Positions 33,004 to 44,214 of a DNA stretch of 64,000 bases are shown here, in pieces. Every line of letters begins with the position of its first letter. Position 1 is the stretch's first letter. Position numbers and translations under genes: made by a program. Below the pieces are notes generated by a model, which worked only from the letters and a program-made list of their open reading frames with translations, searched no databases and was not told where the DNA came from. The DNA comes from Basidiobolus meristosporus CBS 931.73 (Eukaryota > Fungi > Basidiobolomycota): NCBI GenBank assembly GCA_002104905.1, contig MCFE01000020.1:1-64000 (forward strand), read 5' to 3'.

Positions 33004-34642
33004 ATGTACAACACTTCAGTCTCTGGTATTTCTTTCTTGGCTCCTGTCAAGCCAGCCCAAGCTGAGATCCTCACTGATGATGCTATTAGATTTGTAGCCA
33101 CCCTTCATCGCGCCTTCAATCCTACTCGTTTATCTCTCCTCAAGCGTCGTGAAGAGCGTCAACGAGAGCTCGACAACGGTGTTCTCCCCGACTTCCTCCC
33201 CGAGACTGCATACATCCGGAACGACCCCAACTGGAGAGCTGCTCGCCCAGCCCCTGGTCTCGAGGATCGTCGTGTGGAGATCACTGGCCCGGTCGACAGA
33301 AAGATGGTCATCAACGCCTTGAACTCCGGTGCCAAGACCTTCATGGCCGACTTCGAGGACTCCTCAGCCCCCACCTGGGACACCGTCCTTGATGGTCAGA
33401 TCAACATGCGGGATGCCCTTCGTCGCACCATCACCTTCACCGCCCCCAATGGCAAATACTACAAACTCCGCGATGACGGCAAGGTTGCCACCCTTGCTCG
33501 TGCGGCCACGTGGATGGCACATGGAGGAGAAGCACTTGCTGATCGATGGCCAGCCTTGCTCGGCCTCCATCTTCGACTTTGCCTTGTACTTCTTCCACAA
33601 CGCCCGCAAGTCCATTGAGATCGGAGCCGGGCCCTACTTCTACCTGCCCAAGATGGAGTCCCATCTCGAGGCCAGGCTCTGGAACGATGTGTTCAATGCC
33701 GCCCAGGACACCCTCAACATCCCCCGCGGAACCATCCGTGGCACCGTGTTGATTGAGACCATCCTCGCCTCCTTCGAGATGGACGAGATCATCTACGAGC
33801 TCCGTGACCACTCCTCCGGACTCAACTGCGGCCGCTGGGACTACATCTTCTCCTTCATCAAGAAGCTTCGCCAGCACCAAAAGTTCGTCCTGCCTGACCG
33901 TTCTGACGTCACCATGACCTCACCATTCATGGACGCCTATGTCCGCTTGTTGATCAAGACCTGTCACAAGCGTGGAGTGCACGCCATGGGAGGCATGGCC
34001 GCCAACATCCCCATCAAGAACAACCCGCAGGCCAACGAGGCTGCCATGCAAAAGGTTCGCAACGACAAGCTTCGTGAGGTGAAGGCCGGCCACGATGGTA
34101 CCTGGGTTGCCCACCCCGACCTCGTCAAGATCGCCACCGGAATCTTCAACGAGCACATGGCCACCCCCAACCAGATCCACATCCGTCGTGATGATGTCGA
34201 GGTCTCTGCCGCCGACCTTCTCAACAACAACATCGAGGGAGGCAGGATCACCGAGACCGGTATCCGCAACAACATCTCCGTTGGCCTCGCCTACATCGAA
34301 GCCTGGCTCCGTGGTCTGGGATGTGTCCCCATCCACAACCTCATGGAGGATGCCGCCACCGCCGAGATCTCTCGCTCCCAGTTGTGGCAATGGGCCAAGC
34401 ACCAGGTGAAGACTGCCGAAGGCAAGCAAGTCACCCCACAATGGCTCTTGCAGCTGCTGAACGAGGAGACCGACTCGCTGAAGAAGCAATTCGGCAACAA
34501 GTATGCCAGCTACAAGTACGACCTTGCCAAGAAGTACATGGCTGGACAAGTGTCAGGCAAGAACGAGGACTATGCTGACTTCTTGACCACCTTGATCTAC
34601 GACGAGATCACCACAGTTTCCAGTGATAAGTCAAGATTGTAA
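33004..34642 (+). pseudogene. MLS1: Malate synthase A copy 4 with a +1 frameshift (pseudogene or sequencing error); C-terminus SRL
   Basis: GTTGCCACCCTTGCTC at 33484-33499 versus GTTGCCACCTTGCTC in the other three copies splits the gene into ORFs 33004..33618 and 33329..34642. It is otherwise intact, with TATAAAG at 32946. Confidence 0.8.
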
Positions 34643-34812
34643 ATTATACACAGTCTCGAATCTTTCTCACTCAATTGTAAAATTATCATGTAATAAGTTT
34701 AACTCACCATAAGTGATATTCTAATGTAAACAGTTGGAATATGGTACAAAAATGATATCTTCTGCATAAAAAAACTATTCACACACCATCCACTTAATTT
34801 GCTAATGCAGAT

Positions 34813-35833
34813 CTATTTACTGGTTTGTAGACCTACAATGGGGTTGTACGGCTTTGACTTGGATTTCTTGGATTTGTTAACTGAATTTATTGGCCCGGTT
34901 GATGCTTCGAATATGCCAGCAAGGATTGGACATTCAGTCGGTTTTACTAAAGTAACGGAAGTAGTAAGCATCATTGGCTGCTTTAAGTTCATACGATGTT
35001 AACGAGTGAGTCCCGATATTAGAAACATGCGTGATTAAATTGGCGAGTAGGGACAAGTGTATGATAGCTTTAGGAGTATATTGCTGCATTTATCTCCTTT
35101 TCCGTTCCATGAGTAGCGGATGATGCTGGTGAGTGGTTGTAAAATAGGTATGAGACAATCAAGTTACTACACTTTCTGGGAAATTATCTAACCAATCTGA
35201 CAATAACTCTTTACACCACATGATGTCTCTGGCATGAAAATCAGAGTGGCCTTGGGGCACCAAGTGGTTACGTGCAGTTCAGGATAAATGACTAGATAGC
35301 GTCATGTCGTATCGTTAATAATGAATAAAATGATACGCCGAAGTTTCTTGACCACAGCCACCAAAGCGATCTGGTGTGAACAGCATCTGTTTGCGGGTAG
35401 AAGTCCACCTACACTTTCCCTTTTTCGTCAGACAGCAATAGAGGTTAACGACAGTAACACAGAAAAAGGTGGTCAGTGGTCAAACCCTCAGGCTCTCTAA
35501 GCTCCTTTGAACCTATGAAGAACCGTGTTAGAACGAGCTCCTATCAGAAGGTTCTCTTTACTCACCTCGTACAATCTGCGGAAAGTTACAGCATTTCTGT
35601 GCTGATTTCAATTCTCATGAAACAATAACTCCCGCGTTTTGCTTCCGAACAGAAATCTTTGCTGGGTAGCGTTCTATGAATGAAAACTAAGGTTTTCGGC
35701 TTGTCATGCATACTAGATGTCTGCAATCGGTTCCTCGGTATAAGTTTGCTTGGTGCTCGTTAACCTTCTTCCGGGTAAATGCCTGGAGGTCCAGTTCAGT
35801 TGACGTAGCCTCTTTACTACCTGCCGAAATCAT
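34813..35833 (-). other. Possible small multi-exon gene of unknown function
   Basis: Protein-like short open segments flanked by GTATGC/GTGAGT donors and YAG acceptors; no fully consistent gene model obtained. Confidence 0.2.
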
Positions 35834-36196
35834 TGCTCACACGAACCCACCTTTTAACCAGTGTACAGACTAGGGATTATTTCAATGTGAAACTTGAATG
35901 AACGGAAGAGCACGATGGATTAAAATAAACACTCAATGCCATGGTCGGTTGATCTTTCCGTTTATCCACTTCCCACCCAAATTGGCAGGAATTCAGGGCG
36001 GAATTTAGGATATCTAATAAAGATGGCCCTTGCAAGGTCGGTATGTAACATAGCGTATATGCACTCATTGGTCCGACTGAATAATGAGGCTGATATTTGA
36101 ATTACCTCGCACTACAGCAATCAACCCAAAAAATATACAAGTGTAGCAGACCTCCTAGTTGGCTGTTCATACCTTGTTTTCATCGCTCCCAGTGAG

Positions 36197-37231
36197 ATGG
36201 CCTCGAAACAGCAAGAGAACGTATTTTTATTTGTACCCAATATCATCGGTAACGTCTGTCTGGTTGTTGCTTTTAGAGCCTGTCACTGATGTTCTGCTTT
36301 CAGGCTACTCCCGCATTGTATTAGCTGCGATATCTCTCTACTACATGCCAGATGCACCAGTATTCTGCGTCGCACTATACTCATTATCCTGCTTGCTTGA
36401 TGCTGTTGACGGTCAAGCAGCTAGATATTTTGGCCAATGTAACTTTACTGAGAGTTGATTATGGTACGCAGCCAACTCATCATGGCTTTACTCGTTTGTA
36501 TATAGGTAGTAAGTTTGGAGCTGTACTTGACATGGTGACTGACCGGTAATGAGTTTACTTGACTTGTGAAAACCCCGATATTCCCTACTGACTGTTATGG
36601 CAGCTGTACTACAACCTGCCTGATGTGCTACTTGGCCCAAGTTTATCCCAAATGGTCTCTCTTGTTTCAATTCCTCATTTCCTTGGATTTGAGTAGTCAT
36701 TACATGCATATGTATAGGTACCGCACTTTTTCTATTTGGCACGTTGAGAATATAAGCTTATCATACCTTCCATAGCACCCTTTCCTCAGGTGTATCCTCT
36801 CACAAAGTGATCTCCAAGAAGCAAAACTTCATTCTTCGGGCCTATTATTCCAACAACGTAAGTTCAATCAAATCCATTCGTGAGAGGCCTTCACTTCCAA
36901 GCCACTAAACATCCCACCCAAGCTTGTTCTTTTCTCCTTCTGTGCAGGCAATGAATTGTTTTTCATCTTCCTCTACATCCTGGCGTTTTACACTGGCCCC
37001 GAAGGTGAAGCACTTGCTCAAGCCACGAGTTACATCCAATACTGTACTAATACCTCTGCAGTCTTTAATGTCGCAGGTGTTTCCGTCTCCTTAATTCATA
37101 TACTGGCCTTTTTGACTTTTCCCATCTGTGCCATCAAACAAATCATCAACTGTATTCAATTCGGTGGGGCTGCAAAGACCCTCGCTAAAATTGATCTAGA
37201 AGAGCGCCAGAAAGCTGCTAAGCAGCAATGA
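36197..37231 (+). CDS. PIS1: CDP-diacylglycerol-inositol 3-phosphatidyltransferase (PI synthase)
   Basis: Spliced MASKQQENVFLFVPNIIGYSR...LLDAVDGQAARYFGQCSKFGAVLDMVTDRCTT...LDLSSHYMHMY contains the CDP-alcohol phosphotransferase motif; 5 introns. Confidence 0.95.
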
Positions 37232-37698
37232 TAGATGGTACGTGGTCAGTATGCCACCTACAACCCTCTTCTCATCACAGCTTCCAGCATCCATTGCATT
37301 GAAATCTTAGATAATAAATGGCACCAATTAGGTTTCGTACATGAATTGATTGATTTCCAGACTGTGTTTATATGAACGGCCATGGCTGAATATTTATTTC
37401 TAATCAGGTCGCTGATTGGTGGGGAACATTCGAGATACATAAATTCTATTGAGAGCTATATAAAGAGAAAGGAGGTGCGAGAAAATTTCATCTCTTGACT
37501 GTTTACTTGAGTTGGACGGATTTTTTTCTCCCTTGTTAGGTACAGAAAAAGGAACGAAAGGTGGACATTTTTGGTTTCTGTTCGATACATAGTAACTTTG
37601 CATCGACTGAAACTCCCTATTCGCTATCTCGAGCTCTTGATCGCTTTTAATTTCCTCACCTGTCGTGCAGTTACTTGAACCACTTGGTGTTGATTTCT

Positions 37699-38685
37699 AT
37701 GATGACTACCCCGGCCAATACTCCCCGCCCTCTTCCCAATCAACCTCATCCTGACTTGAATGTCAAGATTATGTGTAAAGAATGCAAAAACCCCGTGCCA
37801 AATATTGTGGAAGAGTTCGCGTCTGGGGATCTTGTGTGTGGCGATTGTGGGCTAGTGTTGGGCGATCGAATCATCGATACCAGGTCCGAATGGCGTACCT
37901 TCGCAAACGACGACGGAGACGATCCTTCTCGTGTAGGTGCCGCCGCCAATCCTTTACTTAGCGGCTCCCAGCTAGACACAGTAATCTCGAAAACGGACGG
38001 TGGGTCAGGAACAGCCCGAGACTTGAGCAAGATTCAAGGTCGCTCCTCCGCCGTAAAAGGCGAGCGTAACCTGGTTCAGGCCTACAAAGAAATCTCGGCC
38101 ATGTGTGATGCCATTGGTTTACCCAAGCTCATTGGGGATATTGCCAAACAGCTCTACAAACGCGTGGAAGACGAGAAGCTTCTGAGAGGAAAGCCCAACG
38201 AAAGTATCATAGCCGCGTGTATTTTCATTGCTTGTCGTCAGGAGAATGTACCAAGAACCTTCAAAGAAATCTGTGCCTTGACCCAGGTACCCAAGAAGGA
38301 AATCGGCCGTTGTTTCAAGGCTTTGGCTCGTGTGTTGGAGACCAATGTCAACACCATGGGCAGTGAGGATCTGATGTCTCGCTTCTGCTCCAATTTGAGC
38401 TTGCCAATGGAAGTTCAGAGAGCTGCCGTTGACCTTACCAAGAGAGCCAAGGAGGTTGGAACTTTGGCTGGTAAAAGTCCGGTTTCCATCGCTGCTGCAT
38501 GCATTTACCTGATCTCCAACCTATATCAGATTCCAAAAACCACCAAGGATATCGCGCCAGTTACTGGTGTTTCCGAGGTGACCATCAAGAATGCTTACAA
38601 ATACTTGTACAACACCAAGGAACAACTCATTGACCTCAGTAGCATCAAATCTGGCTTATCTTTTGACAGTCTCCCCCACCCTTAG
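37699..38685 (+). CDS. SUA7: Transcription initiation factor TFIIB
   Basis: Zn ribbon CKEC...CGDCG, B-reader DTRSEWRTFANDD...DPSRVG and two cyclin repeats; intronless. Confidence 0.97.
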   Translation: MMTTPANTPRPLPNQPHPDLNVKIMCKECKNPVPNIVEEFASGDLVCGDCGLVLGDRIIDTRSEWRTFANDDGDDPSRVGAAANPLLSGSQLDTVISKTDGGSGTARDLSKIQGRSSAVKGERNLVQAYKEISAMCDAIGLPKLIGDIAKQLYKRVEDEKLLRGKPNESIIAACIFIACRQENVPRTFKEICALTQVPKKEIGRCFKALARVLETNVNTMGSEDLMSRFCSNLSLPMEVQRAAVDLTKRAKEVGTLAGKSPVSIAAACIYLISNLYQIPKTTKDIAPVTGVSEVTIKNAYKYLYNTKEQLIDLSSIKSGLSFDSLPHP

Positions 38686-38840
38686 ACGGCGGGTTCGAAG
38701 CCATTCTGTAAATAAATCAACCAATTTCGCCTACAAGTTTATTTATAGAGACAAGCAGAGGGAGAGACTCTAGACAACTCAGCATTCTAATAATCTTGAT
38801 AAAAATACAGATGAAATTTGTTTCTTGCTACCATTTGCAG

Positions 38841-41388
38841 CTACTCGTCGGAGAACATCCCCTCGTCAGACATGAAGCTCTGGTCCTCCTTTAGTTTGGG
38901 ATACAGGCTGTCGCTCTTTGGAATTTGGGAACGTGGTTAGAGTTGAGTTGGTGAAAATGACACGATGGTAATAGCGCACTCACCAGATTTGGGCTGATCG
39001 AAGTGCCAACCCATTCCCACACACGATGAGGCTCACCACGAATCTCGGTCACGCCTGAACGCACATTGCTGTTTGTCTCTACGATTTTTCGTACCTTGTC
39101 CCAGATATGTTTTCGTTGCACATGGTTGTGCATCGAGCGGAGTAGCACATCTCTCAGTTGGACCACAGAGACTGCGCTAAGCGGCTGTTGGACTGGGTCC
39201 GCGTAGTGAAGATTCTCTTGCTCGGCTAACCGGACCAGCACCTGCTGTACCAGGTCGCGCACTAGCTCCTTTTCGCTAAAATGCGCTGAAAGACAAATGT
39301 TAATCACTGGCTTCCGACATCTGCCAAACGCCAAACTTACTGTTGTATCGAGCAATTGCATAGATTCCTGCGGCGACCACCATAACACTAGCCCCGATCT
39401 CCTTCAAGTAACCAATCAAGAAGGCATAAAATCCTTTGCGAAGACGACACTGCAAGGGATACTTGGGATCCAGCGAAAGGAAGTACAGCTGTTTGTTCGT
39501 ATCGCTCATTATTCTGATGCGCTGCTGCTGTTCGGTAAGATCACGAAGAACCGAGGACCAGATCTCCTCGATCTCACCATCCTGTATACGGGTGCCGCTT
39601 ACTATCAGTCTCTTCAATTCGACTTCAGATACCTCAGCTTGAGCACGTTTGTTTACATCACACTCTGCTTGCCCTGCCCGCTCCCCAAGGATTTCCTTGA
39701 CCAGCTCGACGGTAGAATCAACTTTGGCTAGCAGAACCGTGTCGGGAACACATTTTACGTGCAAAGGGTTTACCACAGAGACGAGTGGGTTTACTTTCAA
39801 AATGTAATTCCTATCGCATGACACGAATTTTCCGTTTCGACACACGGCATGAGACGGGCATGGGGTGCATTGTGGATAAAAGATGGCCAGGTTACTTCCG
39901 GATGGACCTGATGGGTCACAAGTTAGGATCGGAGATATATCTACCTGTTAAAGTAGTACTCACCTGCATCAGATTCATGTTCGCAGTATCCAAGGGCCAT
40001 GTTCTTTTGGCGTAACCAGAACAGATAGGCTCCTAGGACTAGTCCCAGGAATAACCATAAAGAGCTCCATTCATATTCTACTCGAGGCTCGCGATGGTGG
40101 TGGCGACGACGGCGAGTGCGTCTCTTTGGCTTGACAACTTCCGGTTCGGCCTGTTTCTTGGGCTCGTGCTTTACTCTTGCGAAGGAAGGGCTCATGAATT
40201 TTCGGGGACCTGTGGAGTTGACTATGGATGATTGTTGAGGAGTGACTTCAATTTTAGGTTTATCCTCTAGGGCGACTACTGGGTCGGCATTGCTGGTGAT
40301 TGGAGAATCCGGCTGAGGCTCTGGTTTGGATAATTTCTTGGTCTAAAGAGAGTTACACTACTGCCGAGGAATGCTCGCTCGATTTTGGCCTACCTTAACT
40401 TTCTTTTTCTTCCGCACGTTCGGCGTCTCGCCCCCGCTTTGGAATGGATTTTCGTCGGAAAACACGCCTGGATCAGCCACCTGCAAGAAGTCATCGTTGT
40501 AGTTCTACTCACGGGACGGGTTGGAAGTATCAAGGGTTTACCTGTTCTGTGGTAGTCTGCTTGGCTTTGGAAAGGGTCTGAGCATTCGATTCAGGTTCTG
40601 GAGTAGTTATCTGAGACACACATAGTAAAAATATAAGCGTCCATTGTATCGAGTCTAGCCGAATGGGATAAGTACCTCTGGATGTGGATAAGAGTTTGGA
40701 AGTGGCGAGAAATCATCGGAACTAAATCCAGGGTCATCCACACTAGGAGTATGAGATGCTCTGTGACTTTGCGAGCGTAAGCTTTCCCCCTCTGAGCTTA
40801 GAATGGTGGTTTTGTCGACGGGTATTTTGGTCTGGCAATTTGGTGAGTACCGCTTCATAAATATGGCCGATATCGATCGAGAAGCTTACCTTGATCTTAC
40901 GTCTAACTGTGGCTTGGCGGGGAGGAGGTGACAATTCGCCATCGGAGCTTAATAGTTCGAACTTTTCGACCGCGGATCTCTACAGAACGGAAGATCGATT
41001 AAGAATGGCGGAGCGACCAAGAAAAAAAGTGCTACGTACCACACGCCCCCGTGAATTGGGCGTAGGGCGGACTGGAGAGGGTGAAGTGCGCTCGGGATCC
41101 TGAGCAGGAATTGAGTACAAGCTACTTTGTTACAAACGAGTGATCCGAAGCAAATACCTTATCGAAACCGACAAAAATCATGCCTCTATTGCTAGGCTTA
41201 ACATCTTTCGCCTCCTGCAACCACATTTCGGCGTTTGGGGTGACGTAGGCATCAAACAACTCTATCAAAGTTGCCTTCTTGCTGTTGGCATTGAAGGGGA
41301 TCCCATGTTTAAACAATATTCTTCGCAAATCGACAACCCTGACGGAGTTGGGATCGAAGCCGGGCTCAAGGTAACTGAGATCGTCCAT
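38841..41388 (-). CDS. SRC1: Inner nuclear membrane LEM/HeH protein, Man1/Src1/Heh1 family
   Basis: N-terminal HeH (YLEPGFDPNSVRVVDLRRILFKHGI), two TM segments and the MSC C-terminus (VRSGVTEIRGEPHRVWEWVG). The last spliced exon ends ...GMFSDE* at 38841. Confidence 0.88.
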
Positions 41389-41836
41389 TCTTTTGCTTGC
41401 AGTAAGCTAAGAGCTGTTTCACTTCCAGTGGATTGTTTTCAACCCGTTAGATGGAAGTACAGAAAATATTGGGAATCGTATGTCAAAACAACATACAACC
41501 TCCATAGCCAATTAAATGTCGGCGTAGCCGCCATGAAATAATGTTGAGTGATGTGTCTGGGCTATTTTGCTAGACTACGGTAATTAATTAGTAGACCCCA
41601 CCTATTTGACAGCAATGCCATCTACTTCCGGATAATATATTTACTGTGCTCTCATATACGGCTCAGGGGGTATGAGTTTGTTGTACATGCTTGTGCATGT
41701 GTTGTTTCAAGGATGGTGATGGCCTTGTGACTGGCTTTTCCCGGGATCAGAATACCTAATTTCCTCTCTAAGTTGGTAACCCCGCTTAGAACCAGTGTTA
41801 TCCTACAGCCTTCGTTAACAATCGACTTCCAGGGAA

Positions 41837-43748
41837 ATGGAAAGCCCAAAGCAACAGAGAGTATTGGCTCTCCAAATTGAACCTTCCAAGCATGCAGGAA
41901 TATTCAATTTAGGTATGTTACCTTACTGCCCATTCCGAGCAACAGGCCAAACAGTTAAGCGCATGACACAGGTATGCCTATCGGAGATGCCATTCAGATA
42001 ATTAAAAAAGAGGCTACCCAAATCTCAAAGGTGGAGCTAAAGTATTGCGCCGAAGTAGGTATCATCCACAATGCACTCGCTGTACAAAACTAACCGTCTT
42101 TCGTGTTTACAGAAGCCCTTGGAGCAAGATTTGGTACTGAACTTGGTGGAGAATGGTATTTGCTTACGGTTCGAGCCTTCTTCGCAGAGGTTGAAATGCT
42201 TGGTTTTAAGCAAGTTGGAGGAGGTGAGGCTATCTTATCAAGAGCATGAATTCAAGTAAGACATTGGGATATCATCACAATGTCACTCTCATCAATCAAC
42301 TGTGATATCCCTACTAGTTCCAAAGCCAATGTCCCAACGTACTTCCTGATAGATAAGCTATTTGGGTAGGCTAGACCTGTGCTGCTCTGGATTCGACAGC
42401 TCTATTGACATGTATGCTTCGAGCCCCACCCATCCAGGGGAATTTGATGAAAAGCAGTCGGAATATACCCTACAGTATCCTGTGAGTGTTGCCCACCATT
42501 CGTTAGTACATTAGGTGTCAACTCTTATTGCTTGCTAGGGAGTTTCATTTGTGTTCCCAATCCCCGAGAAACACAAGCACCACTACGCAAGTGGAGGTTA
42601 GTCTAATCCTTGGTATCTACAGGCATAGAGGGTTAACAATGAATACAATCAGCTATGATAACGGGGTTCCCTGATGGCACTACTCCCGTTTGCAACCGGG
42701 TCTATGTCTATCATGGTCCCAGTTGGCAGAAATCGTTCTCTCCCCCATTACCGATTGGACTAAATACCGATAATAGGTGCAATGTGGTGGTCGACTGCGT
42801 ACTGATTGACGTTAGTAGGCACGATTGTGGAAATTCGCATACTGGACTAACTGCGTTTGTCATAGTTCGACAAGAAGGTTCTGCTTCGTCATCCCGGTGA
42901 TCGAAAGACCAGGATAGAGTTTTGCGTGACATCAGCACAGGATGTAATCACCAATCTAGGCCAGCCTAATGAGGTTTTTCACAAGCGGGACGATAGTATG
43001 AGAATCCATTCACGTTTGGAGCCTGGAAAGGGTTGTATTGGTGCGATTTCCGATGGTTGCTTGATGAGCAGAAGAGAGTTGCTAAACAGCCCATAAACAT
43101 AGGTGAAGCATCCAATGACTACTTCTATATCTACTTTCAGCACGGGTTCGATTTGCTGTTCGACGCTACTACCCATTGTTGCAAGAAGATTGTTTTGCAT
43201 GCCAATTTCCCTGGCCACATCGATTTCGGCAAGTTAGTACCACTCCACTCACGCCACATTCTGTGCCATGCGCTGAGGTTTCTTGCATCAATCAGATATA
43301 GAAAATGCCCCTTTCAACTGCTTTCGCATCAGAGTAGGCCCTCTTTCCTTGAGCGTTGTTAACCGAATACTTACACACAGACCCGCTATTTAGTCTCGAA
43401 GTGTGAGGCGCTGGAAGATTTGCCTTCCGGATCGGCCACCATCATTCCTGATAGCCTTGTAATATACATGCTCCCTTGGCTCTCAATTGGAACGGCCAAT
43501 ACTAACCAACTTCTGCTGGGCTAGTGGGACCAGGTCAAAAAGGTCTACGGCCAACCAAACTCCCGACCAGCGATGTTTGCACGCCGACCCAGTGGCCAGA
43601 ACCCCTTCGGGCCCACCGAACTCAATGGCTACGACGGCGGAATGGTATTTGAGGTGATTTCATGAAATTTGTGACTTGTTGTTCGGAAGATTGACTGGGT
43701 GTTTAGGTCATGAAGAACAATCATATCGCGACGGTGATTGTATTCTGA
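41837..43748 (+). CDS. UPF0183 / PHAF1 (C16orf70)-like protein
   Basis: Spliced GMPIGDAIQII...DLVLNL..NGICLRFEPSSQRLK, LFGPTHPGEFD, YFYIYFQHGFDLLFDATTHCCKKIVLHANFPGHIDFG and FEVMKNNHIATV follow the UPF0183 pattern. Confidence 0.85.
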
Positions 43749-44214
43749 GCATGCAGTAAGCTTTATTCAGGTCCTCTGATCGAGCGCTGAGTTCAGTGTA
43801 TTTTTAACTTAATAAATTCCACGGAAAATGCACGTTTCACTCGTAACCACGACATGACTGAAGGGCAACCGTTTTGCGTGAGCTCTATCCAACAAGTATT
43901 TATTTTGGTGGGTTGACGGCAAGCACGTCAAAGTAGGGATGTAGCTAAACAAATTTCCTTAATATTCTGGATCAGACTTAATTATCTAGTTGGCAAATGA
44001 CACTCGTATTCGTAGAAAATAGGCCTTGAATTTAGCAGTCTTCCGTTGTGTCTTTTCTCTTTCCCTCCCCAAACCCTTACCAATTCTTCCCAGTAATTTC
44101 CCCATTCCAGCCCGCACATCTGTTCGCCATCTCCTGGCCACCAAATAAAAGTGGAGGAATTCTGATTTAGCCACCTTGTTGTTTCTCGACAAGGACTCAC
44201 TGTCAAGGAAATTC

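Noticed and set aside
22600-34578. Many long antisense and alternate-frame ORFs over the malate synthases (for example 23409..24038 and 22854..23369), and similar ones over eIF4G and STU2
   Set aside because: Expected shadows of strong codon bias; they recur identically in each copy only because the cores are identical.
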